Shown: one piece after another, positions 7,588-16,920 of the stretch
How the letters are laid out: each line of letters opens with the position of its first letter
Numbering within the stretch: the stretch's first letter is position 1
Assembly: GCA_963678315.1 (NCBI GenBank)
Contig: OY782781.1
Location: 1,710,071 to 1,774,070 of the forward strand
Length of the DNA: 64,000 bases
Direction of reading: 5' to 3'
Source of the DNA: Candidatus Cloacimonadales bacterium
GTDB lineage: Bacteria > Cloacimonadota > Cloacimonadia > Cloacimonadales > JAFGVF01
Position numbers and translations under genes: made by a program
Notes under the pieces: generated by a model
Database searches by the model: none
What the model saw: the letters and a program-made list of their open reading frames with translations, nothing else
What the model was told of the DNA's origin: nothing

Positions 7588-10500
7588 ATGAAAAAATCTC
7601 TTTTAGTTTCATTTTTTTGTTTACTAACACTTATGCTTTTTAGTGAAGCAGTTGAACTAGATATACATGAATTAGATTTTGGTCAAGTAACAGTTAATAC
7701 ATCTCTTACTCAAACAGTTATAATTACTTCTCAGATTAGTCAAAATATTACCTTAGATTATACTTTAGAAGATTTTGCATTCAATATAACACCAGCATTT
7801 TTTGAAATAGAGGCAGGACAAAGTCAAGCCATCGAAATCACTTTTACTCCAGATGCTGAGAATAATTTTAGTAAATTTGTTATGGTCTCTGGTTCAGTTT
7901 ATGGAAATGACCAATTAAATATAAGTGGCACTGGTATTGTTGCTAATATTGATGTAGATTTAGAAAGTTACGATTTCGGTCCTGTAGCTATTAATACTGT
8001 AGATAGTACCCAAGTAACTGTCACTAACAGTGGATCAGGAAACCTTCTTGCTAGTATTAGCTCAGACAACCAAGCCTTTGATCTTTCAAAGACTAACTTA
8101 GACATTAGTCCAAACAATTCAGATTCCTTTTGGATAAGATTTTCTCCCCAATGGTTAGCTGAAGAGAATGCTACAATAACCATAGTTTCAAATGCCTTTA
8201 ACAATCCAAACTATGAGATAGATCTAACAGGCTCAGGAAGGAGTGATATGTCGGGACAAGTTTCTGGAATCTGGTCACTTGCTAACAGCCCATATTATAT
8301 CATAGAAAATACTATAGTGCCGGATGGACAAAGTCTAACTATTGAGCCAGGGGTAGAAGTTGTATTTGCTGGTCATTATGGATTTGTTATTGAAGGATCA
8401 CTGATAGCTCAAGGCACTGTCACAGATTCTATCTATTTTCATGGACAAGACAATGTTAAACAAGGTTTTATTGTTATAGATGATGCAGATAATGAGATTG
8501 AATTAAATTACTGTCAGTTTAGATATTTATCAAATAATAGGTATTATTTCTCTGATGATTTTGAAGATTACAATTTCGCTGATAACTGGACAGGATCGGG
8601 ATATTCATATGGCAGGACTAATAATGACCATTATCAAGGACATTATGGAGCTCGTGTTTGGGCCTATGGTCAAGATACCTATATTATGTCCAGACCTATT
8701 ACAGTCTTAAAATCGTGTGTTATATCCTACTGGTTTAAGATTACCAGTTCTCATAATAGCTGTAACTCAAGGGTTGAGTTTCGGGTTAATGGTGGAGCAT
8801 GGCAGAGATTGTATTATACTAATAATGGAACAACTTACGGTTGGACCTACAAAGAGCATGATATTTCATCCTATGTTAACAATGGTGATGAAATACAATT
8901 AAGGTTCTATAGTAATGAATATTCCACAGATTATTCTCATTATGATCAATCTATGTATATTGATGAAGTAAAAGTCTTTAGTACTTCAACAATTTTTGTT
9001 GAAGATTCAATTGTTGGCTTTTCAAATTCAATTTTAGAACATTGTACTGGAAATGCAATTTTCTTTGAAGGAGAATCTAACTGCGATATCTCTAACACTT
9101 CGATTGTAAATAATGATGGAGATGTTTTAGTTTCTGCAGGCCCGGTAAATATCTTCAGTTCAAAAATATCTCATAACAATGGTAATGGAATATATGTTTC
9201 AAGCGATTTAACTATTACTAATACAATAGTATCTAACAATAACGGCTATGGAATAAATTCTTCGAATGCATTAGATATTAACCATGCCGTAATAGCAAAT
9301 AATTATGATAGGGGTATTTATTTAGATGGAAGCGATTTTTCTCTAATAACTAACTCAATAATTTACAATAATGATAATGATGAGCATAGACAAATTGATT
9401 TAGGGTCTGGTGCTACTTTGAATACTAGTTATTCTTGTGTAGAATCTTATACGGAATATGGAATTTCAAATATTGGAAACTTTTATTGGGGTGAAGGTTG
9501 TATCGAGTCTTACCCTCAATTCATAGATTGCGATTATCATCTGTCTCCAAATTCACCATGTGTAGATGGTGGTTTTCCTTGGGAGCATGATGGCAATATG
9601 CCTTACGGTTTAGGCACAGTTGTCTCTGATATGGGGGCTTATGGTGGATCTAACAACACTTATTGGGGTGGAAATCCAATACCTGATGGGGCTCCTGTAA
9701 TTGATAATATAGTAGATTTACCTAATGACCAGGGGGGATTAGTTGGAATACAGTTTAATGGTTCTATCTTTGATTATGAACATTCTGGCTATGATATAAG
9801 TCATTACTCATTTTGGAGGGAGATGAATATTGATCCTAGAACTGATGAAGTTAGTAATTCTGATGCTAGGAGTAACAAATATGCACCACGAGTTCTAACA
9901 AGGGATGGTGAGTATTGGGAATATGTAGGTCAGGTGCAAGCGCAAGGTTTTGAAAACTATGGGTACTCTGCTGAGACACTAGCTGATTCAACAATTTATG
10001 GTGATTTTGCCTCTAGCTTTATTGTAATAGCTCATACTGAGGATGATGATATATACTTTACATCATCTCCTTTATCTGGATCTTCTATAGATAACTTAGC
10101 ACCAGACCAACCAAGTAGAATCTTGGCTGATGGTGCTTATGGTCAAATGACTTTTGAATGGACTCCTAGTCAATCTGAAGATTTGCATTACTATAAGCTT
10201 TACAGAGGAAATGAAGAAAACAACTGGGATAGAAGTTATCAGGTTAATGATACAACATTTGTTGATCTTGAGGCTCAAGTAGATAATCAATACTACTATT
10301 GTTTGAAAGCTGTAGATATTCATGGTAATGAGAGTGATGGTCAGTCTCTTGCTATGGAGTTAAATTACTCAGCTTATGATTTGCATGAGGGAGCAAACTT
10401 ACTTTCATTTAGGTTTATTGATGAAGATAGTAGTTTAGATAATATGTTAGCAGATTTAGGTTCTTCTATTGTTAAAGTAATTGGAGAGGGACAAGTTGCT

Positions 10501-11523
10501 ATTAAGAATGATGATGGTCAATGGATTGGTTCATTAACAGAGCTTACTTATGATAAAGGTTACTGGTTAATTATGAATAATGAAGAAAGACTGGAACTCA
10601 TGGGATCAAGAAATACTAGTAGTGCTAGCTACAGTTTGCATGAGAATGCTAATCTAATATCTTATCCATACGCTTGGGGCAATGACCTTGCTTCAGCTCT
10701 TCCAGATGATGTTGAAGCTTGTATCTCAGCTATTATCGGAGAGGGACAGGCTTGTATGAGATTGGAAGATGGTAGATGGTTAGGCTCTTTAACCCATTTC
10801 GAGAAAGAAAAAGCTTATTGGGTAATTGCTAACCAAGATATTGAACTTGAGTTTAATATGCCTAGTGAAGATAGAAGAAGTAATCGTAATGATGCGGAAT
10901 TACCACAAATGTTTACTTATAAGCAATCTGCTAATCAAGCTTTTTACTTAACTGGAATAGTAGAAATGAATGGTGTTGAGTTGACATTAGAAGATTATTT
11001 GCTTGTTTATAAAGATGATGTTGTTATTGGAGCTAGCAAATATATTGGTGAGCAAACTACCTTAGCTGCCATGGGTAACGATGGAAATGAGCTTACTTAC
11101 AACTATGCTAATCAAGGTGATTTAGTCTCTATTAAGATTTGGAAAGCTGAAACTAATCAACTCTATGATACTAATGTAAATATTGACTGGGCAAACAACA
11201 CAATATCCAGAGTTGAAATTGCTTCTGTTACAGAAAATGATGAAAACTTAATCCTTCCTGTTGTTGATTTTGTCGGACAAAACTATCCTAATCCATTTAA
11301 TCCAGAGACTACTATTAACTTTGGAATTAAAAAGAATTCTCATGTAAAAGTTACAGTTTATAACATTAAGGGACAGAAGATAAAGACTATCTTAGACCAG
11401 AATATGAAAGCTGGTTATCATAATGTAGTTTTTGAAGCTGGAAAATATGCTTCAGGGCTATATTTATATAGAATAGAGACTCCTGACTTTAGTGAAACTA
11501 AATCAATGATTTTAATAAAATAG
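7588..11523 (+). CDS. Giant secreted surface protein (1311 aa): Ig-like (ASH/HYDIN-type) repeats, right-handed parallel beta-helix, choice-of-anchor-J-like domain, FN3, T9SS C-terminal domain
   Basis: Signal peptide present. Repeated ELDFGQV/YDFGPV Ig-like modules. Beta-helix repeats (NNDGDVLVS...SHNNGNGIYVSS...VSNNNGYGINSS...IANNYDRGIYLDG...IIYNN). Tail NYPNPFNPETTINF...VTVYNIKGQKIKTI...SGLYLYRIET. Confidence 0.85.
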   Translation: MKKSLLVSFFCLLTLMLFSEAVELDIHELDFGQVTVNTSLTQTVIITSQISQNITLDYTLEDFAFNITPAFFEIEAGQSQAIEITFTPDAENNFSKFVMVSGSVYGNDQLNISGTGIVANIDVDLESYDFGPVAINTVDSTQVTVTNSGSGNLLASISSDNQAFDLSKTNLDISPNNSDSFWIRFSPQWLAEENATITIVSNAFNNPNYEIDLTGSGRSDMSGQVSGIWSLANSPYYIIENTIVPDGQSLTIEPGVEVVFAGHYGFVIEGSLIAQGTVTDSIYFHGQDNVKQGFIVIDDADNEIELNYCQFRYLSNNRYYFSDDFEDYNFADNWTGSGYSYGRTNNDHYQGHYGARVWAYGQDTYIMSRPITVLKSCVISYWFKITSSHNSCNSRVEFRVNGGAWQRLYYTNNGTTYGWTYKEHDISSYVNNGDEIQLRFYSNEYSTDYSHYDQSMYIDEVKVFSTSTIFVEDSIVGFSNSILEHCTGNAIFFEGESNCDISNTSIVNNDGDVLVSAGPVNIFSSKISHNNGNGIYVSSDLTITNTIVSNNNGYGINSSNALDINHAVIANNYDRGIYLDGSDFSLITNSIIYNNDNDEHRQIDLGSGATLNTSYSCVESYTEYGISNIGNFYWGEGCIESYPQFIDCDYHLSPNSPCVDGGFPWEHDGNMPYGLGTVVSDMGAYGGSNNTYWGGNPIPDGAPVIDNIVDLPNDQGGLVGIQFNGSIFDYEHSGYDISHYSFWREMNIDPRTDEVSNSDARSNKYAPRVLTRDGEYWEYVGQVQAQGFENYGYSAETLADSTIYGDFASSFIVIAHTEDDDIYFTSSPLSGSSIDNLAPDQPSRILADGAYGQMTFEWTPSQSEDLHYYKLYRGNEENNWDRSYQVNDTTFVDLEAQVDNQYYYCLKAVDIHGNESDGQSLAMELNYSAYDLHEGANLLSFRFIDEDSSLDNMLADLGSSIVKVIGEGQVAIKNDDGQWIGSLTELTYDKGYWLIMNNEERLELMGSRNTSSASYSLHENANLISYPYAWGNDLASALPDDVEACISAIIGEGQACMRLEDGRWLGSLTHFEKEKAYWVIANQDIELEFNMPSEDRRSNRNDAELPQMFTYKQSANQAFYLTGIVEMNGVELTLEDYLLVYKDDVVIGASKYIGEQTTLAAMGNDGNELTYNYANQGDLVSIKIWKAETNQLYDTNVNIDWANNTISRVEIASVTENDENLILPVVDFVGQNYPNPFNPETTINFGIKKNSHVKVTVYNIKGQKIKTILDQNMKAGYHNVVFEAGKYASGLYLYRIETPDFSETKSMILIK

Positions 11524-11576
11524 AACAAAGCAAGGTCATGCGATTGTGTAATCGTATGACCTTAAAGGATATAAAA

Positions 11577-13394
11577 ATGAAATATAGACTTTTATTACTA
11601 TTATCGATAGCTTGTGTTCTATTAGTTGCTGAAACTCCGGCTAACTTTGTTTATAATCAATCTTCTCAACAGTGTTTCTATTTTATAGAGACTGCAAAGC
11701 TTGATGATCTTGTTCTTTCTGAGAACGATTGGATTGGAGCATTTAAAGATGGAACATGTGTTGGAAGTGCTCAATGGGTCGGAGAAAATACAACTATTCC
11801 ACTAATGGGAGATGATGGCTTTGAATATTCTAGTGGTTATTGTCAAACTGGTGATATTCCTCAGTTTAAGGTATGGGACAGTGAGACAGATTGTTATTGG
11901 GATTGTAGTCAAACATCTGAACTAAATAGCTGGACTAATAATGGAACCTATCTTGTTTCTTACCTATATGCTTATAGTAGCAGTCCAATGATAGAAGTCT
12001 CTCAAGAGAATATCAATCTGGGAGAAATAGTTGTTGGACAATCAGCTTTAAAAGAAATCGTGATAACTAATTCTGGGGATGAATTGCTGATTGGTCAGCT
12101 TCAGGTAAGTGGAGATTTTTATATAAGCAGCGATAATGCTTCTTTCCAGATAGAATCTTCAGATTCGATAATAGTTAGCATTGCTATCTTGCCAGAAGAA
12201 GAAATTTTGTATCAGGGAAGCCTGCAAATAGCGAGTGATTCAGCAATAAATTCCTTGATTGAAATAGCTGTTTCAGCAAGTGGAATTATGGCTCATATAT
12301 CTAGTGATATCAGACTTATGCAGTTTAACAATGTTTGGAAAGATCATCAAGTTGCTAAGTCTTTAACTCTTCTCAATGATGGCTCTTCTGAATTAACTAT
12401 TGATGGTTATTCTTTTTCAGATGATTGCTATTCTATAGAAGACGGTCCTACAACAATCTTTCCAGGACAAAGTCAAGAATTAACAATCATATTCCAGCCT
12501 GATGATTTCAACCAACACAATGGAAGCTTGGATATATCAACAAATATAGGAAACTATTCTATTGATTTAGCCGGTAATGGTTATCTGTTAGATGCAGATT
12601 TTGTTACAGCTATAGATTCTATTGAAATTGGTAATCCCATGCAATTTATAAATAACAGCCAAGGTGATATTCTCAGTTACTCTTGGGATTTCGCGCAACT
12701 AGCTAGCTCAGATCAAGAAAATCCAGAATATCTTTTTCCACAGATAGGAAGCTATCAGGTAGTCTTACAAGTCAGCGATGAATATTTCACAGATGAAATA
12801 AGTAAAGATATTCTAGTCTATGGAGTAGCAGAAGGGGAAACATCCACTCAAGAACTAGAATTTTCAAGCAATTATATAGGAGTAGTTTCTGATACGCTTA
12901 GATTAGCAATATATGCAAGAAGAACAGGTGACTTGATAATTGATGAACTTTCTTTTAGAAATGATATTGGAGCATACTCAATTCCGAATATAAATCTACC
13001 AGTGTCTTTAGCTCCAAACGATAGTTTATGTCTTGATATCATATTTACACCAGTAGCTTCTGGTAATAATATAGACTTTCTAGATATGACAACTAATGCA
13101 GGTCAATTTTCTTGTTTCTTAGAAGGTCTCGGTTTGATTGCACCAGCTAAAGCAGTGACAGGAATAAATATATTACCTGTTGAGGGAAATGTTTATCTTG
13201 AATGGGAGCCAGTAGTTGAGACTATACTTGATACACCAGTAACTATTAGTTATTATAAAATTGAAGCAAGTACAACGCCTAATGGACCTTATGTTTGGAT
13301 TGGTATATCTCCAACAAACAGCTTTACTCAGTTTGGAGTAGCCAACTTTTCTAAAAGATATTTTTATAGAATAATTGCTGTATCAGAGGACTAG
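11577..13394 (+). CDS. Secreted surface protein with Ig-like (ASH-type) modules, a PKD-like domain and a C-terminal FN3-like module; no T9SS tail
   Basis: The ORF track gives 11538. The preferred start is ATG 11577 (MKYRLLLLLSIACVLL signal peptide, AAAGGA RBS). It begins 54 nt after the stop of the upstream gene, so probably the same operon. Modules INLGEIVVGQS.., MQFNNVWKDH.. are Ig-like. PKD-like segment FINNSQGDILSYSWDF...YQVVLQVSDE. Confidence 0.8.
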   Translation: MKYRLLLLLSIACVLLVAETPANFVYNQSSQQCFYFIETAKLDDLVLSENDWIGAFKDGTCVGSAQWVGENTTIPLMGDDGFEYSSGYCQTGDIPQFKVWDSETDCYWDCSQTSELNSWTNNGTYLVSYLYAYSSSPMIEVSQENINLGEIVVGQSALKEIVITNSGDELLIGQLQVSGDFYISSDNASFQIESSDSIIVSIAILPEEEILYQGSLQIASDSAINSLIEIAVSASGIMAHISSDIRLMQFNNVWKDHQVAKSLTLLNDGSSELTIDGYSFSDDCYSIEDGPTTIFPGQSQELTIIFQPDDFNQHNGSLDISTNIGNYSIDLAGNGYLLDADFVTAIDSIEIGNPMQFINNSQGDILSYSWDFAQLASSDQENPEYLFPQIGSYQVVLQVSDEYFTDEISKDILVYGVAEGETSTQELEFSSNYIGVVSDTLRLAIYARRTGDLIIDELSFRNDIGAYSIPNINLPVSLAPNDSLCLDIIFTPVASGNNIDFLDMTTNAGQFSCFLEGLGLIAPAKAVTGINILPVEGNVYLEWEPVVETILDTPVTISYYKIEASTTPNGPYVWIGISPTNSFTQFGVANFSKRYFYRIIAVSED

Positions 13395-13398
13395 TGGA

Positions 13399-14793
13399 CA
13401 ATGTCATTAAGTTAAGATTTGACTAAAATAATTAACTATAAAAACTATGTAATAAATGAATAATTAGGGTCATAATGAAAAAAAAATATTGAAATTAATA
13501 AGTTATGTGTTAGGTTTAGATTCAACTGTAAATAAATATAAAATAGGAGAAAAGTCTTTCTTGAGAAAACGTAAATTTAGCTTTAAATCATTAGCAATAC
13601 TCGTTCTTATGAAAAGTGTAAAATCACTTCAGATTAGACTTAATGAGTTCTTTGATAGATTTGTAGAAGGCTGCGAAACAGTAAGTTCAAGTGCTTTTAC
13701 TCAAGCACGTCGAAAATTTTCTTACAAACTATTTGTAGACTTAAATAAAGATATAATTGTAAAAGAGTTTTATAATGATAAAAGTTATAAAAGGTATAAG
13801 GGTTTCCGATTAATAGCCATAGATGGTACACGCGTCTCAGTTCCAGATAACCAAGAAACTAGAGAATATTTTAATACAATTCCTACCCAGACTCCAAGTG
13901 GAAAAGTTGGTGAGCACGTAAGAGCAATAGCCTCAGTAGCATATGACGTTATGAATAATATAGTAATCGATTCCACAATTACACACTCAAGAGAATCAGA
14001 AAGAGCTCTTGCCATAAATCATTTAAAACATCTCGGTAAAGAAGATCTTGTAATTTTAGATAGAGGTTATCCATCTTATGAACTTGTAAGTGATTGCTAT
14101 GATAAAGGAATAAATTTTTTAATCAGGTGTGGTACCTCTTGGATAAAAGAAATATCTTTGATGAAGAACAGTAATAAAGAGAGTGAAATTATTACTCTAA
14201 AGAGATCTAGACTTAGAGTACAAAAGAATAAGACTAACCTTACAGATGAGATACAGTTAAGATTAGTAAAAGTTATTTTAGATTCTGGTGAAGTTGAGAT
14301 ACTAGCGACATCTTTGTTAGATGAAGAACTTTATCCTACAGAAGAGTTTAAACGTTTATATTGGCAAAGATGGGGAGTCGAAACATTTTATGGCGTTATT
14401 AAGGGACGTTTATCTTTAGAAAACTTTACAGGTAAATCAGTTGAATCAATAAAGCAAGATTTTTATTCAACTATTTTTCTATCTAATCTAGAAACAATAC
14501 TTACCGAAGATGCTGAGAATGAATTAAAAAAGAGAAGCCAAAACAATAAATATAAACAGAAAGTAAATAAAGCTATCTCATTTAATGCTATAAAAGACAA
14601 TCTTTTTTATTTATTATGCACAGAAAGTGATATAGATAAACTGATTATTAAATTAAATAAAATATTTATACAAACACCTGTTCCAATAAGACCTAATAGA
14701 AAATTTGAACGGTCGAAAGGTAAAGCATATCAATGGCTTTGCTTTTGGAAGAGGAATAAGAAAAATGTATATTAGCTTAACTTAATGACATTG
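13399..14793 (+). mobile_element. IS4-family insertion sequence, 1395 bp
   Basis: Perfect 18-bp terminal inverted repeats CAATGTCATTAAGTTAAG (13399-13416 and reverse complement of 14776-14793). 11-bp target-site duplication GGACTAGTGGA (13388-13398 and 14794-14804). Single DDE transposase ORF. Confidence 0.9.
13489..14775 (+). CDS. IS4-family DDE transposase
   Basis: 428-aa ORF with an exact Y(2)R(3)E(6)K signature (YWQRWGVETFYGVIKG) and DDE-region motifs (LIAIDGT, VILDRGY). The annotated start is TTG. An ATG plus A9 tract at 13475-13486 lies in another frame (see findings). Confidence 0.9.
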   Translation: MKLISYVLGLDSTVNKYKIGEKSFLRKRKFSFKSLAILVLMKSVKSLQIRLNEFFDRFVEGCETVSSSAFTQARRKFSYKLFVDLNKDIIVKEFYNDKSYKRYKGFRLIAIDGTRVSVPDNQETREYFNTIPTQTPSGKVGEHVRAIASVAYDVMNNIVIDSTITHSRESERALAINHLKHLGKEDLVILDRGYPSYELVSDCYDKGINFLIRCGTSWIKEISLMKNSNKESEIITLKRSRLRVQKNKTNLTDEIQLRLVKVILDSGEVEILATSLLDEELYPTEEFKRLYWQRWGVETFYGVIKGRLSLENFTGKSVESIKQDFYSTIFLSNLETILTEDAENELKKRSQNNKYKQKVNKAISFNAIKDNLFYLLCTESDIDKLIIKLNKIFIQTPVPIRPNRKFERSKGKAYQWLCFWKRNKKNVY

Positions 14794-14804
14794 GGACTAG
14801 TGGA

Positions 14805-15431
14805 TATGGTTGCAAACTGGGATTGCAAGCATCCTTGCTTGCGAAGGTATGTTAGGATTGTAGCCATCCCTGGCTACGAAAAGATTTGCGTAAGCATGAA
14901 CAAAGTTCAGCCTATCGGCGGATGCTTACACTCCGATGGTTAAACTGGGATTGTAAGCAACAGTCTAGCCTGACACGGTCCCTACATGCGAAAGACCATT
15001 CTCAATTCTGGATACTTCTGAGTTGTGGTAAAAATCTATGTCGTCCCTTTGGGACTCAAATCATTTATGTCATTGTACATGGGGTACAAGACCCCATGCT
15101 AATACATGTCGTCCCTTTGGGACTAATACCCCAACGGGGTAAATTATCCAAAGCCCATGATTTCAATCATGGGTAGCAATAGATCCCAATATTACTAGTC
15201 CTAGAGGGACTTCTTTATCATATATATAACTACCCAACATCAGAAAAGTACTTTCAGCACTATCTCAACAATTATATGCTCTTACCTAGCTTTAAAAAGC
15301 TAGGCTTTGGACAATTAATCCTTTCAGGATAACATCTGAAACCCTTGCCTTTAGTCCGGCTGCATGCAAGCATGATTGAAGATGCGCATTCAGAAAGGAC
15401 TGTGATCGGCGAAGACGATTGAATGCACTCC
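14805..15431. repeat. Repeat cluster R3
   Basis: Two tandem GGATTG-hairpin-GAA words (gcaagca/tgcttgc, then gtagcca/tggctac). Next the gcgtaagcat/atgcttac module and extra words gtccctttgggac (x2) and catggggtacaagaccccatg. Then one full 264-bp-type unit and the catgcaagcatg...gaatgcactcc module. Confidence 0.95.
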
Positions 15432-15481
15432 ATTTTTTAATTAATCTTTACAGGGAAAATAAGATAAAATTAAAATTGTTC

Positions 15482-15662
15482 TTGACATAATTGTTGAAGT
15501 GATAAAACTAACATAAATTAAAGATATTAGATTATCTACCTAGCGATTCTGCCCTTTTACAGATATTGGATAGGTTAATTAAGTTTTAGAAATATTAAGA
15601 AGAAACTTTATAATATATTAACAAAGAAGGGCGGATAGTAAAATATCCGCCCTTTTTATTTT
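15482..15662 (+). promoter_or_regulatory. infC operon leader: putative promoter plus terminator/antiterminator attenuator (candidate L20-responsive leader)
   Basis: TTGACA at 15482-15487. The intrinsic terminator at 15627-15662 lies only about 20 nt before the infC RBS. The upstream segment TCTGCCCTTTT (15548-15558) mimics the 3' terminator arm and can pair with the 5' arm AAGGGCGGA, giving mutually exclusive structures. Confidence 0.5.
15627..15662 (+). terminator. Rho-independent terminator inside the infC leader
   Basis: AAGGGCGGATA (15627-15637), loop, TATCCGCCCTT (15644-15654), followed by TTTTATTTT. Confidence 0.8.
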
Positions 15663-15692
15663 AGAAGATAACTCAAAAAATGGAGGTTTCTT

Positions 15693-16313
15693 ATAATAAG
15701 GATAAGAAAAGGTAAGGCTAAGACAAAAGAAGTCGTACCAAAAGAGAACATTAATGAACATATTAGAGCTAGAGAAGTTAGACTAATTGGTTCAGACGGG
15801 AATCAAGTTGGAGTAGTCTCTATTAATAGAGCTAGAGAGATTGCTGAACAAAGTGGAATGGATTTGGTAGAAATATCACCAAATGCAAAACCACCTGTAT
15901 GTAAGGTAATGGATTTTAGCAAATACTATTATCAAAAAGAACGTAAAGCACGTGATGCAAGAAAGAATAGACATGAAGTTCAGGTTAAAGAAGTTAAATT
16001 TGGACCAAACACAGAAGAACATGACTATTTGTTTAAGAAAAAGAATGCTTTAAAATTCTTATTACAACATCACAAAGTAAAGTTTACTGTAAGATTTAGA
16101 GGCCGACAAATGGCTCATAAAGATATTGGTCAAGACCTTTTAGAAAAATTATCTAAAGAGTTAAAGCCTTTAGTTGATGTCGATCAACCAATAAGAGCAG
16201 AGCATAGAATTATGTCAGTAGTCGTTTCTCCAAAGAAAGATATTGAAGCAATAGCTAAAGATTATAATGAATTCGGTGAAAAAATAGAAACTGAATCAGA
16301 AACAGAAGAATAA
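15693..16313 (+). CDS. infC: Translation initiation factor IF-3, non-AUG (AUA) start
   Basis: The ORF track starts at internal Met 15858. The same frame is open back to 15672 and encodes the conserved IF-3 N-domain (..NINEHIRAREVRLIGSDGNQVGVVSINRAREIAEQSGMDLVEISPNAKPPVCKVMDF). No ATG, GTG or TTG occurs in that stretch. GGAGG (15683-15687) precedes ATA codons at 15693 and 15696. Confidence 0.85.
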   Translation: MIRIRKGKAKTKEVVPKENINEHIRAREVRLIGSDGNQVGVVSINRAREIAEQSGMDLVEISPNAKPPVCKVMDFSKYYYQKERKARDARKNRHEVQVKEVKFGPNTEEHDYLFKKKNALKFLLQHHKVKFTVRFRGRQMAHKDIGQDLLEKLSKELKPLVDVDQPIRAEHRIMSVVVSPKKDIEAIAKDYNEFGEKIETESETEE

Positions 16314-16344
16314 ATAAAAAGATTAAATTATAGATGGAGGAATA

Positions 16345-16542
16345 ATGCCAAAAATCAAAACTCATAGAGCTGCGGCTAAAAGATTTAAGGTTACTAGTAA
16401 AGGTAAGATTAAAAGACATCATGCTAAATCAGCTCACATCAAAACAAAGAAAAGTCCTAAGTTAAAAAGACATTTAAGAGATTCTGCTATTGTAACAAAA
16501 GCGGATACACCAAGAGTAAAAAAGATGCTCGCTGGATTATAG
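16345..16542 (+). CDS. rpmI: 50S ribosomal protein L35
   Basis: [24 protein letters not shown]... is a canonical L35. Position in the infC-rpmI-rplT order. Confidence 0.97.
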   Translation: MPKIKTHRAAAKRFKVTSKGKIKRHHAKSAHIKTKKSPKLKRHLRDSAIVTKADTPRVKKMLAGL

Positions 16543-16560
16543 AGAAAAAGGAGACAGAAC

Positions 16561-16920
16561 ATGGCAAGATCTAAAAATTTAGTAGCATCACGTGCTAGAA
16601 AGAAAGCGAAACTTAAATTAGCGAAAGGGTATAGAGGCTCCAGACATAGACTATATAGAATTGCAGCTCAATCAGTAGAAAAAGGTTGGGGTTACGCATA
16701 TAGAGATAGAAAACAAAAGAAAAGAAATTTCAGAAGATTATGGATCACTCGTATCAATGCTGCTTGTAGAGCTGAAGGTATTTCATATAGCAAATTCATT
16801 AATGCATTACACAAAGCTGAAATCAATGTTAACAGAAAAGTGTTAGCTAACTTAGCATGGCATGACCAAGAAGCTTTTGCACAATTAGTTGAGATTGCGA
16901 AGAAGAACTTGGAAGCATAA
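16561..16920 (+). CDS. rplT: 50S ribosomal protein L20
   Basis: [28 protein letters not shown]...[21 protein letters not shown] is a canonical L20. Confidence 0.97.
   Translation: MARSKNLVASRARKKAKLKLAKGYRGSRHRLYRIAAQSVEKGWGYAYRDRKQKKRNFRRLWITRINAACRAEGISYSKFINALHKAEINVNRKVLANLAWHDQEAFAQLVEIAKKNLEA

Noticed and set aside
7968-10323. Antisense or alternate-frame ORFs inside the giant genes and housekeeping genes (7968..8204, 8717..8902, 10096..10323; similarly 16692..16973, 23045..23380, 25438..25662, 41296..41487, 43957..44178, 45688..46789, 57723..58067, 61637..61939 and others)
   Set aside because: Each is fully embedded in a longer ORF with clear homology or domain structure. They are short and low-complexity, as expected by chance in AT-rich DNA.
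2439-13394. Diversity-generating retroelement acting on the surface proteins
   Set aside because: There is no reverse transcriptase ORF, and I found no template/variable repeat pair with adenine-specific differences.
15045-15125. Mini-ORFs formed by hairpin words (e.g. ATG TCG TCC CTT TGG GAC TAA, with variants at 40431 and 40459)
   Set aside because: The ATG and TAA are part of the conserved hairpin flanks. There is no RBS, and the 'peptides' differ wherever the stems covary. The structure explains the pattern better than coding does.
14886-15176. 96-aa ORF inside repeat cluster R3
   Set aside because: It is made of hairpin words. Homologous sequence in R1 and R2 is interrupted by stops or frame changes, and there is no RBS.
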